This document shows, in pieces, positions 1 to 12,100 of a stretch of 64,000 bases of DNA. Made by a program: the position numbers and the translations under genes. The notes under the pieces are model-generated. The model was not told where the DNA came from. It saw nothing but the letters and a program-made list of their open reading frames with translations, and ran no database searches. Source of the stretch: the human T2T-CHM13v2.0 reference genome, Homo sapiens. The stretch is taken from the NCBI RefSeq assembly GCF_009914755.1, contig NC_060947.1; one strand, 5' to 3'. Numbering within the stretch: position 1 is the first letter of the stretch; every line of letters starts with the position of its first letter.

Positions 1-2370
1 ACTTCCCCTTTTTTGTTTAAGTAATTGTAGCTTTAACGTCCTGTTGCTCCTTTTCTACAATGGCTTGACCTTGTAGATTATAGGGAATTCCAGTAATAGG
101 TTTAATATCCCATTGATCGAGAAAAATTTTGAAAGCCTTGCTGCAATATGCAGGGCCATTGTCTGTTTTGATTTCTCTTGCAACTCCCATAACTGCAAAA
201 CAAGACAACAAATGTCTTTTAACATGAGAAACAGTTTCTCTTGTTTGACAAGTAGCCCAGATGAAGTTTGAAAAGGTGTCTACCAACACATGAACATAAG
301 CTAATTTCCCAAAAGAAGGAACATGAGTAACATCCATTTGGCAGATTACATTAGGAGAAAGACCACAAGGATTGACACCGGGAGATTGTGTAGGTAGACC
401 AACCACCTGACACTGAGAGCAGTTTTGGATGATATGTTTTGCCTGTTTTCAACTAAAAGAGTATTTATGTTTAAGGCCTGACACATTGGTATGAATAAGC
501 TGATGAAACTGTGTGGCATCAGTGAAGGCTAGGGAAACAAGAGCATCTATTTTTTGATTGCCATTGGATAAGGGTCCAGGCAAATTGGTATGAGAAGGGA
601 TATGAGCAATGAAAAAGGCGTGATTTCTATCTCTGACCACTTGTTGTAATGAAGAAAACAGAGAAGACAGATTGGTGTCAGTGATATTTTTTATAGTAGC
701 TGTTTCTATGGCTTTGGTAGCATGAATAACATAAGCTGAGTCAGATACAATGTTAAGAGGCTGATCGAAATCTTGCAATGTTGTTATAACAGCAAATAAT
801 TCAGCCTTCTGAACAGAGGTGTGAGGAATAGAAATGACTTTATCTTTTGGCCTACATATCCAGCCTTTCCATCACCAGATCTGTCAGTGAACAGTGTAAA
901 TCTCCCTCTAATGGAGAAAGACAAATAATTTTGGCAGAATCCAAAAAGTATTTCGTAAAAACTGGAAGAATTTTGACTTGGGTAAGTGATGATAGTCTAT
1001 TGGCCAACGAAATCATCCGAATTAGTTTGCCAACATAGGGAAGTAGAAAAGGCATTTTTTTACTTAACTTTTTTGACAGAGGGACCACAATAACATTAGG
1101 ATCAAGACCAGAAATTTTAACAATATGTTGTCGTCCTAATCCAATTGATGTAGAAATTTGATCAAGATATACTGAAAGAGTTTTAGAGGCAGAATTTGGG
1201 AAAAATACCCATTCAATTAAGGAATCATTTTGTGCTATAAGTCCTGTTGGAGAGTGAAGAGTAGGAAAAACTAAAAATTGTAAAGTTTGATTTGGATCTG
1301 TATGGAAATGAAACAGTTGGTTTGGACCTGTGTCATACAAGTCAAAAAGGTTGGTTTGGACCAGTTCCGTACAGATCCATACAAGATCTGTATGGAAACC
1401 AAAAGTCTGGTTTGGACCTGTGCCTCTCTTACCCTTTGTTCTGCAAAAGCCAACCCTCAATTAGCTGGTTCAGAAAGAACGTGAGGGTCATTTAGATCTG
1501 GATCTTCTGATAAGGTAGCAAATAAGTTGGAAACAGCATAGGTATAAATTGCTAATGTTGGTCTTAAATAATTAATGTCACTGAGTAATTTTTGAAAATC
1601 ATTTGAAGTTTTTAAATTGTCTGTACGAAGTTGTATTTTTTGAGACTTAATAGAGGAAATTCGATTTGCATTCCTAAGTAAAGATATGGGGTAACTTGTT
1701 GAATTTTGTCAGGAGAAATGTAGAGTCCTGCATTAGCAATGGCTGCTTTTAAAGAAGTAAAGCAAGGAATTAATTTTTCTTTAGTAGGAGCAGCAATCAG
1801 TGTCCATATAATGAAGAACGTAATTATCTTGGAAGGCCTGTCAGATAGATAGGTTGTAATACAGTGCCCACAAAAAACTCACAAATAAATAATAAGACTG
1901 TTAATCATTCCTTGAGGTAAAATTTTCCACCGGAACCTAGCTGCAGGAGCTGTTATTTATAGAAGCCATAGTAAAAGCAAACTTTTCACAATCTGATTTG
2001 TCTAGGGGAATATGGAAAAAACAATCCTTGAAGTCAATAATAGTTAGAGGCCATTCTTTAGGAATCATGGAGGGGGAGGGCATGCCAGGTTGCAGTGCTG
2101 CCATGGGTTTAATAACTGCATTAGTAGCTCTTAAATCTGTTACCGTTCTCCATTTCCCTGACTTTTTTGTACAACAAGCAGGGGAGAATTCCATGGAGAC
2201 AAAGAGGACCCAATTATGTTTGATTTTAGTAAATCATTAACAATTTCAATTAAAACTTCCAACTTTTGTTTGGACAGCAGCCACTGCTCTACCCAAACAG
2301 GTGAGTCACACATCCACTATAAAGGAATTCGTGGGGGAGACTCAGGAGTGACCACTCCTAAAAAGGCTAT
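1..2370 (-). pseudogene. pol: pol pseudogene (RT, RNase H, integrase)
   Basis: ORF fragments 1937..2194 (RT), 852..1460 (connection), 449..778 (RNase H) and 17..406 (integrase core). YMDD is broken near 1800 (TATATGGAC then a small deletion). Multiple stops and frameshifts. Confidence 0.92.
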
Positions 2371-3399
2371 CCAAGTCCGGTTTTGTCAAGTTTTATGGTG
2401 GAGGTCTACGTGCTCTGCTATTACCCTCCCCTTTAACTCCTAATCCTCTTCCAGGAATAAAATTCATTTTACGCATCATGTTTTTACTAGCTTCACTGTA
2501 ATTTGATAAAGGGATCAATATTTCAGCCCCCCATTATTGTAACAAATCCCATCCCCATAAATTAATGGGAATTGGAATAATGAAGGGCTGGATAGTGCCA
2601 ACTTCATCATCAGGTCCAGCTCAAGGAAGTATTAAAGAACTTTGATACACAACAGAAGATGTCCCATCTCCCACTAAATTAGCGGAAGAAGGCTGTTTAG
2701 GCCATGATGAAAGCCATTGGTTAACAGCAATGATAGAAACATCAGCTCCAGTATAGACTAGACCTTCAAACTTTTTTCCTGAAATTTTTATAATACATGT
2801 AGCTTGATGTGATGAAATAGCATTAACCCAAAAAGCGGCTTTCCCTTGTTTAGAAGTATTTCCTATTGCTCCTGTTCGAGGGGCTGTCCCTGCAGCTAGA
2901 AACAGTGCTGTGAGAAGTAATTGAGCAATACACTCTCCTGATTCAATAGAAAATAGGAGATTTAGTGGAGATTACTAGACAAATTTCATCAGTGGTGTCA
3001 GCGTGTATTAGATCTGTATGCAGGGTAACAGCTTTTAACGCTAGTGATGCTCTGCCTAAAATTAAACCAATGTGATCTTTAGGTAATGGCCCTTTCACTC
3101 CAGTGTGGGCTAAGACAGGCTGTTCCCCAGGGAGTAAGGACGAAGGAAGGGTACTACACAAGTCTATTGAGCCCCCTACTGCAGTGGAATTGGACAAGCA
3201 TTGTACTGGGACAAGAGAAGAGATTGGCTGGTATTGGGTATTGGATATTGAATTTGAGGCAGTATTTGTGCTATAGTATACATCTGGGTCTGTGGCATAG
3301 CCTGTGCAGCTAATAGATGTTGTAACTGGGAGGGTGAATCAAAACACTGGGGCCCCAATTGCGATCAGGGCCCAAGGCCAGCCCCTCCCCCCATTTCCC
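2357..3399 (-). pseudogene. pro: pro pseudogene (dUTPase plus aspartic protease)
   Basis: dUTPase motifs (GVKGPLP...GLILGRASL) in ORF 2943..3197. The protease active site reads GLVYTGAD near 2741-2764 (catalytic D to Y), followed by INLWG. Slippery-like GGGAAAT at 3399-3393. Confidence 0.85.
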
Positions 3400-5184
3400 T
3401 GAAACAGAATGGAATTGACTGTGTTATTAGCCACGTTTAAAGGTGGAAGTGGGTTGTCACTGATATCAAAGTTAGGGTGACAATATTTCATCCAACGTTT
3501 ACCCTATTTGCATCATAGACACACAGTAGCAGGGGCCTTTTGCGTATTTTGAGTTTGAATAGTGGCTTGTGGAGGATTCAAATTGAGTAAAGGACAGGAT
3601 TTTTTAAAGTGTCCTACTCCACCACATTTGTAGCAAGCACCAGGAAAAGTATTATGTACCCCTGCAGGAGGAACATTAGGAATAACAGTGACTGCTTTTA
3701 GAGAAGTCATAGCTTGTGCCATAAGTACAGCTTTATGAGTTTCAGACCCAATTCCATCACAAGCAAAGATATAAGAAGGAATTATGGCATCATCAGGAAT
3801 ATTTTCAGTTTTATGATGTAAAGGTCAGATGGCAGCCTGGCACTCAATATTAGCATTTTCAAAAGCCATGAGTTTAATGACTACGTCTCTGGCTCTAGTA
3901 TCAGAAATAGCCTTTTCAGCAGCATCTGTTAATCATGCCACAAAATCAGGATACAGTTCAGAGGGGCCTTGTTTAATAGCACTAAAGGATTAAGGAGCTT
4001 TGCCTGTATCTTGAATTGACTCCCAAGCCCAAAGGCATACTTGTGTAACTTGAGTCAGTATACATGGAGTATATTCCAATTGCTATGTAGGAGTATTACA
4101 CACATCACCATTTCCCATAAACATATTATAAGAACCTTCCTCCGTAATCTCAGAATTAATGGATGCTTGCATCATGGCCTCTTCTGATCAATAAGTTTTA
4201 AACTGCAAAAATTGGGAAGGAGTAAGAGGAGCATGAGATGACAGATTCCAATCAATAGGGACAAGTTGTTTTTCAGTGGTAAGAGAAGGTAAAACAGTCA
4301 TAAGGTAGGGAGAGTTTGGTCCATATTGATCACAAGCTGCTTTAAAATATTTAAGTTATTGTAAAGAAAAAGTCTCCTAATATTTGCTACCTTTAGAAGT
4401 TCCTTTGGCACTTTCGCCAGTGCCTTTGGTCTTAGGTGTCATGGCTATGGTGAATTGCCAGGCGTCCATGCCACCAGAAGCCCTAGCTCTACCATCGCCT
4501 CTTGAATTGAGGTATGGATAGATCTAGATGAGGCAGAGGAAAAGAGAGGAGGAGAGCAAGACTGCCAGGATATGGACTGGGGGGACATGGTATTCCAAGC
4601 CTCTGAAAGAGGGGGTCCCATGGCATTGAAAGAAACAGTAGGCTTAGCGGAGGGGAGTGGTCCAAAAGGATAAGATCAAGAAACAGGCCACTCAGTTGAA
4701 TGTTACACGTCCTCTTCTGGCACAGAGGGCAGCGGCTTAGAAGAAGAATTGTTAGCATATATAGGTTTTTCCTCAGGAGGATAAAGAAAGAAAAGAATGA
4801 ATTCTTGCTCATCATCAGAAGGAGGACTCAGAAGGGTTCAGGAACATGAGGTAAAAGAAGTGGCTCACTGGCTGTGTTAAATTGTGGCAGTTGTAAAGGA
4901 TCACCAGACTGAAAAGGAAGTAAAGCAACACGAATAAGATCCCAATCAGTCCAAACAGAAACAGGAAGAAAAACGCCATCTTTCATAAGTTGGCAGAGCA
5001 TAGCACCAAAGTGGTCTCAATCCAAAAGGTCCATAGAACCTTTATCTGGAAACCAGGGACAATGTTTTTCAATAGTCTGAAATAAGATAATTAAGGTATG
5101 AGTATCAGCCTTAATTCCACCCTGTTTTAAAAGAAGTTTAATAAAGGAAAAATAAGCCTGGTGTTTAGACTGTGATTGTCCCAT
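3176..5184 (-). pseudogene. gag: gag pseudogene (HML-7-like)
   Basis: ATG at 5184 gives a myristoylation-type start MGQSQSK, with an early TGA near 5020. Capsid MHR-like KQGPSELYPDFV near 3940-3975. CCHC knuckle in ORF 3513..3722. C-terminus QYNACPIPLQ in ORF 3176..3358. Confidence 0.85.
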
Positions 5185-5327
5185 ATTTGCCCTGGAATAA
5201 TACCAGTCAACAAACCCACAGAAAAGGGGAAACTCAGAAAAAAAGCATAACCAGAGACCTTACTGTCAAGACCATAGACTGGTCGTCTTGAACCACACTC
5301 ACAGTGCACTGAGTCAGGGAATGAAGA

Positions 5328-5345
5328 ACACCATGTCAGACACCA
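5328..5345 (-). promoter_or_regulatory. Degenerate tRNA-Lys primer binding site
   Basis: Minus strand TGGTGTCTGACATGG versus the Lys1,2 PBS TGGCGCCCAACGTGG; all differences are transitions, two at CpGs. It lies between the LTR and gag. Confidence 0.6.
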
Positions 5346-6178
5346 GCCAGTGGCCTGCAATACAACAGGGCTCTCTCTTTGCCCCAAGGTGGATCAGCAG
5401 GTCGAGAAATAAGAGATACACAAAAAATAGAGAGAAACCTGGGTCTAAGGGGGTCACTGCCTTCTGGTCTTGCAATACCACCAATTCACTGGATATACCA
5501 GCATTTATTATCAGGTTTAGTGAGGGAGGGGGTGAAACAGTGAAGGGTTTGGGGTCGTATGATTGTGGGGTGAGATGATCACATGGGGATGAAGTAACTT
5601 CTTGTCATCCAAAGTATAGGTTTACAAAAGATAAGCTTTTACAATATAGTGTGTGCATCAGCAGTTTAACAGACCTATAAAGTAGGAATAAATTCTACCC
5701 ACAACCTATGTTTAGCAAGATACTAATCAGCAGCAGCAGCTGCAGCAGAAGGTAGTTGCAAACAATTAATAGAAACAGGACGTGAAACTAGACAACCGGT
5801 TAGATGACAAATTCTCAGAAGAGTGTAGGCTTTAACCCTAAAGAGGCCTAGAAGAGCCACTGTAAGATAAGGGCGTTTATAGCTCTATCTTATCCATGAG
5901 AACAGGCGCCCCTCATGCATTCGTTTATAGGCTTTCCACAAAGGTTTCATTCCATTCCCAGAGCTATGAACATCTGCTTTTCTGGGATAGGAATCTTGGT
6001 GATGTGAATCCTCCAGATCTGCAACCGTTTATAGGCTCTCTGCAGTGGGAAGAACATCACACACAGCCCAACCCCACATTGTCTTTGTGACAATCCTGTA
6101 TTTAATATTTTATTTACAATGATTAAGAACATTTCATTCCTTTGTTCTGTAGCAACCGTTTCAGGGGGTCTCCCTACA
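5346..6178 (-). repeat. 5' LTR, MER11D-like
   Basis: Minus strand starts TGTAGGGAGACCCCCTGAAAC at 6178, directly abutting alpha satellite. AATAAA lies at 5509-5504. About 830 bp long and followed by the PBS. Confidence 0.8.
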
Positions 6179-9100
6179 CTTTCTAGTTTTTACCTAGAGG
6201 TATTTAGTTTTTCCTAATAGGTTTCAATGGCATTTAAAATGTACCTTTGCAGATTCTACAAAAAGAGTGTTTCCAACCTGCTGAATCAAAAGAACAGTTT
6301 ACCTCTGTGAGATGAATGCACACATCATGAAGCAGTTTCACAGATAGCTTCTTTCTAGTTTCCAACTTGGAATATTCGGTTCCTCCCCGTAAGAATCAAT
6401 GGATTCCCAAATGTCCCTTAGCAGATTCTATAAAAAGAGAGTTTCCAACCTGCTGATTCAAAGGAAAGGTGTAACTCTGTGACCTGAATCAACACATCAC
6501 AAGTCAGTTTCACATATAGCTTCTTTCTAGTTTTTATATGGGGATATTTAGTTTATTCCTTTTGGCCTCAAAGGGCTCAAAAATGTCCCTTCACATATTC
6601 TACAGAAAGAGTGTTTCCAACCTGCTGAATCAAAGAAAGATTAAACTCTCTGAGATGAATCGACACTAAACAAAGCAGTTTCACAGATAGTTACTTTCTA
6701 GTTTTCATCTGGAGATATTCTGATTTTCCCCATAGGCCACAATAGGCTCCCAAAAGTTCCCTTGCAGATTCTAGTAAAAGAGTGCTTCCAACCTGTTGAA
6801 TCAAAAGAAAGATTTAACTCTGTGACATGAACCCACACATCACAAAGCAGTTTCACAGCTAGCTTCTTTCTAGTTTGTATCTGTGGATATTCTGTTTTTC
6901 CCCATAGGCTTCAAAGGGCTCCAAAATGTCCCTTCACAGATTTTACAAAAAGAGTGTTTCGACCTGCTGAACAAAAGCAAAGTTTTAACTTTGTGTGTTG
7001 AATCCACACATCAAAAAGCAGTTTCACAAATAGCTTTTTTCTATTTTTTATCTGGGGATATTTCATTTATCCCCATAGGCCACAATGGGTTCCCAAATGT
7101 CCCTTTGCAGAGTCTATAAAAAGAGTATTTTTAACCTGTGGAATTAAAAGAAAGTTTTTACTCTGTGAAATGAATCCACACATCACAAAGCTGTTTCACA
7201 GATAGTTTCATTCTAGTTTTTACTGGGGACATTCCTTTTTTCTCCTTAGGTAACAATGGGCTCCCAAACATCACTTCACGGATTCTACAAGAAGATTGTT
7301 TCCAACCTGCTGAATCAAGAAATGTATAATTCTTTGAGGTGTATCAAGACATCACAAAGCAGTTTCACAGATACCTTACTTTCAGTGTTTATCTGGGAAT
7401 ATTCATTTTTTCCCCATATGACTCAATGGGCTCCCTAATGTCCATTCACAGATTCTACAAAAATAGTACTTCCAACCTGCTGAATCAAAGGAAAGGTTTG
7501 ACTCTATGAGATGAATCCACACATCACCAAGCAGTTTCACAGATGATAGCTTCTTTCTAGTTTTTATCTGTGGATATTCGGCTTTTTCCCATAGGCCTCA
7601 ATGGGCTCCCAAATGTCCCTTTGCAGATTCTATAAAAACGGTGTTTCCAACCTGCTGAATTAAAATAAAAGTTTAACTCTGTGCATTGAATAAACACGTC
7701 ATTAAGCAGTCTCACAGTTAGTTTCTTTCTAGTTTTTATCTGGGGATATTCAGTTTTTCTCCTTACGTTTCAAAGCACTCCCAAATATCCCTTTGCAGAT
7801 TCTACAAAAAGTGTGTTTCCGACCTGCTGAATCAAAAAAAGGGTTTAATTCTGCAAGTTTAATCCACACATCCCCAAGCAGTTTTTCAGCTACTTTCTTT
7901 TTTTTTTTAGTAACCTGGGGATATTTTGATTTTTTCCATAAGCCTCAATGTTCTCCCAAACGTCCTGTTGCTGATTCTAAAAAAGATTATTTCCAGCCTG
8001 TTGAATAAAAAAAGGATTAATTCTATGAGACGAATACACAAATCCAAAGCACTTTCCCAGATATCTTCTTTCTACTTTTTATGTGAAGGTATTCGGTCTT
8101 TCCTTTTAAGCCTAAATGGGCTCCCAAATGTCCCTTCACAGATTCTATAAAAAGAATCTTTCCAAGCTGCTGAATTAACAAAAGGGTTGGCTCTGTGAGA
8201 ATAATCCACAAACCCAAAGCAGTTTCACAGATAGCTTCTTTCTGGTTTTTATTTGGGGATATTCCATTTTTCCCCATAGACCCTAATGTGCTCCCAAATG
8301 TTTCTTAGCAGATTCTACAAAAGAGTGTTTCCAAACTGCGAATATAAAAAAAAAAGGTTTAATCCTGTGAGACGAATCCACACATCACAAAATAGTTTCA
8401 CAGCTAGTTTCTGTCAAGTTTTTATTGGGGATATTCTGTTTTTCCCCATATGTTTCCATGGGCTCTCAAAAGACCCTTCACAGATTGTACAAGAAGAGTG
8501 TTTCCAAGCTGCTGAATAAAAAGACAAGTTTAACTCTGTGAGATGAATCCACGCATCATAAAGCAGTTTAAAAGGTAGCTTCATTATCGTTTTTATCTGG
8601 ATATATTCTGTTTTCCTAATATGCCTGAATTGGCTCCCAAATGTCCCTTCACAGTTTCAATAAAAAGAGTGTTGCCAATATGTGGAATCAAAGGAAAGGT
8701 TTAATTCTCTGAGATTAATCCACACATCCCAAGGAGTTTCACAGTTATCTTGTTTCTAGTTTTTATCTGAAGATATTGGATTTTTCCCCATAGGACTCAA
8801 GTCCCAAATATACCTTTGCAGATTGTACAAAAAAAAAGGTTTTAAAAGTGCTGAAACAAAAAAAAATGTTTAACTCTTTGAGATGAAGACACACGTCACC
8901 AAGCAGTTTCACAGAAAACTTGCTTTTAGTTTGTATCTTGGGATTTTCCGTTTTTCCCCCAATGCCTCAATGGACTCCCAAATGTCCTTTAACAGACTCT
9001 AGAAAAAGTGTTTCCAACCTGCTGAATAAAAAGGAAGGTTTAATTCTGTTTGATGAATCCACACATCACAAAGCAGTTTCACAGAGAGATTCTTTCCAGT

Positions 9101-12100
9101 TTTTTTTTTTTTTTTTGAGGTATATTCGGTTTCTCCCCATATGCCTCAATAGGATCTGAAAACTCCCATCACAGATTCTACAAAAAGACTCTTTCCAAAA
9201 TGCTGAATCAAAAGAATGGTTTATCTTTGTGAGATGAATCCACACCTCACAAAGTAGTTTCACAGATAGATCTTTCTAGTTTTTATCTAGGGATAATCAT
9301 TTTTTCTCCACAGGCCTCAATGGGCTTTCAAATGTTTCCTCACATATTCTACAAAAAGAGTTTCCAACCTGCTAAATCAAAAGAAAGTTTTAACTCTGTG
9401 AGATGAATCCACACATCCCCAAGCAATTTCACAGATAACTTCTTTCTAGTTTTTTCAGGGAATATTCAGATTTCCCCATAGGCCTCAGTGGGCTCCCAAA
9501 TGTTTCTTCACAGATTCTACAAAAAGAGTGTTTTCAACCTTCTGAATAAAAAAAAAAGTTTGAACTCTTTGAGATGAATTTACTATTCTCAAAGCAGTTT
9601 CACAGACACGTTCTTTCTAGTTTTTGTGTAGGGATATTCTGTTTTTTCCCACAGGCCTCAATGGGCTTCAAAATGTCCCTTCCCAGTTTCTACAAAAAGA
9701 GTATTTCCAACCTGCTGAATCAAAAGAAAATTTTAACCCTGTGAGATGAATCCACACATAATTAAGCCATTTACAGATAGTTTTTTTCTACTTTCTATCT
9801 GAGTATATTCAGTTTTTCCATAGTCCTCACTGGGCTCCAAATGTCCCTTCATAGATTTTACAAAAAGAGTGTTTCCAACCTTCTGAATCAAAAGAAAGTT
9901 TTAACGCTGTAAGATGAATCCACACATCACAAAACAGTTTCACAGATAGCTTCTTTCTAGTTTTTATGTTAGGGTATTCAGTTTTTCCCCATGGGCCTTA
10001 AATGGTTCCCAAATGTCGCTTTGCAGATTCTACAAGAAGAGTTTTTCCAACCTGCTGAATCAAAATAATGTTTTAACTCTGTGAGATGAATCTGTATATC
10101 ACAATCAGATTCACAGATAGATTCTTTCTGGTTTGTATCTGGAAATTCTCGGTTTTTCTTCCTAGGTCTCAATGGGCTCCCAAATATCCCTTTGCAGATT
10201 CTTCAAAAATAGTGTTTCCAACCTGCTGAATCAAAAGAAAAGTTAAACTCTGTGAGATGAATAAACACTTCACAAAGCAGTTTCACAGGTATTTTCTTTG
10301 TAGTTTTCATCTGGGGATATTCATTTATTCCCCATAGGCCTCAATGGGCTCCAAAATGTCGCTTCACAGATTCTCCAAAAAGAGTGGTTCCAAACTGATG
10401 AATCAAAAGAAAGGTATATCTCTGTGAAATAAATCCCTATATCACCAAGCAGCTTCACTGATTGCTTCTTCCTATTTTTTTTACCGGGAATATTTGTTTT
10501 TTCCCCATAGACTCAATGGATTTCAAAATGTCTTTTTGCAGATTCTACAAAAAGGGTGTTTTCAACCTGCTGAATCAAAAGAAAGGTTAAACACTTTGAG
10601 ATAAATTGACGTATCATAATGCAGTTTCACCGTTAGCTTCTTTCTTGTTTTTATCTGTGGATATTCAGTCTTTCCCTATATGCCTCGTGGGCTCCCAAAT
10701 ATCCCTTTGCAGATTCTACAAAAAGAGTGTTTTTGACACGCTGAACCAAAGGAAAGTTTTAACTCTGTAACATGAATCCACACATCACCAAATGGTTTCA
10801 CAGATTGCTTCTTTCTACTTTTTATATGGGGATACTCGATTTTTCCCCATAGTCCTCATAAGGCTTCAAAAATTCCCTTCACAGATTCTACAAAAAGTGT
10901 GTTTCCCACGTGCTGAATCAAAGAAAAGTTTTAACTATGTGAGATGAATCCACACATCAGAAAGCACTTTCAGGATAGCTTATTTATAGTTTTTATCTAT
11001 CTGGGGATATTCATTTTTTTTAACACAGGCCTCAATTGGCTCCAAAATCTCTTTTGACAGATTCTACAAAAAGATTGTTTTCAAACTGCCAAATCTAAAG
11101 AAAGGTTTAACTCTGTGAGCTGAATCCACACATCACCAAGCAGTTTCACAGATAGCCTCTTATAGTTTTTATCTGGGGATATTCTGTTTTTCCCCATAGG
11201 CTTCAATGGGCTCCCAAGTCAATTCACATATACAACAAAAAGGGTATTTTCCACCTGCTGAATCAAAAGACAATTTTTACTCTGTGTGGTGAATCCACAC
11301 ATTACCTAGGAATTTCACAGATATCTTCTTCCCAGTTTTTATTTGGGGATATATATTTTTTCCCCCAAGGCCACAATTAGCTTAAAATGTCCCTTTGGAG
11401 ATACTACAAAAAGAGTGTTTCCAACCTGCAGAATTACAAGAAATGTTTAACTCTGTGAGATGAATCCACACATCACCAAGCAGTTCTACAGATAGCTTCC
11501 TTCTAGTTTTTAACTCAGGATGATTGGCTTTATCCCCTAGGCCTAAAAGGGCTCCAAAAGAGCACTTTGCAGATTTTTATCTAGGAATTTTTATCTAGTT
11601 TTTATCTAGGAATATTCGGTTTTTCCCCATTGGCCTCAGAGGGCTCCCAAATATCCCTTTGCAGATGCTACAAAAACAGTGTTTTACACCTGCTGATTAA
11701 AAAAAAAAAAAAAAAAAAAAGTTTAACTCTGTGAGAAAAATCCACAAATCTCCAAGCAGTCACAGGTAGTTTCTCTCTAGTTTTTACTTGGGTTATTCGG
11801 TTTTTCCCTATAGACCTCAAAGGGCTCCCAAATGTCTCTTAGCAGATTCTACAAAAAAAGTGTTTTCAACCCATCAAATCAAAAGAAGGGTTTAACTCTG
11901 TGAGCTGAATCCACTCACCACTAAGCAGACTCACAGATGGCTTCTTTCTATTTTTTATCTGGGGATATTCATTTTCTTCACAGGCCTAAATGGGCCCTGT
12001 AATATCCCTTTGAAAATTCTACAAAAAGAATGTTTCCAACATGCTCAAACAAAAGACAGGTTTAACTCTTTGAGATGAATCTACACATCCCCAAACAGAC

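Larger units (their letters stand above)
1..6178 (-). mobile_element. Betaretrovirus-like HERV-K provirus, 5' portion (5' LTR-gag-pro-pol), HML-7/HERVK11D-like; continues beyond window start
   Basis: Minus strand reads in order: LTR, degenerate Lys PBS, gag (MGQSQSKHQAYFSFIKLLLK...CPWFP; zinc knuckle CYKCGGVGHFKKSC), dUTPase-protease, RT (KKSGKWR; [11 protein letters not shown]), RNase H (NIVSDSAY), integrase (QMDVTH; KTDNGPAY). The subfamily call rests on recalled LTR consensus. Confidence 0.9.

Noticed and set aside
11699-11720. A22 run as a retroposon tail
   Set aside because: It is an expansion of the satellite's native AAAAGAAA tract; phase is preserved and there is no body or TSD. The T runs near 9100 and 39262 are the same kind of expansion.
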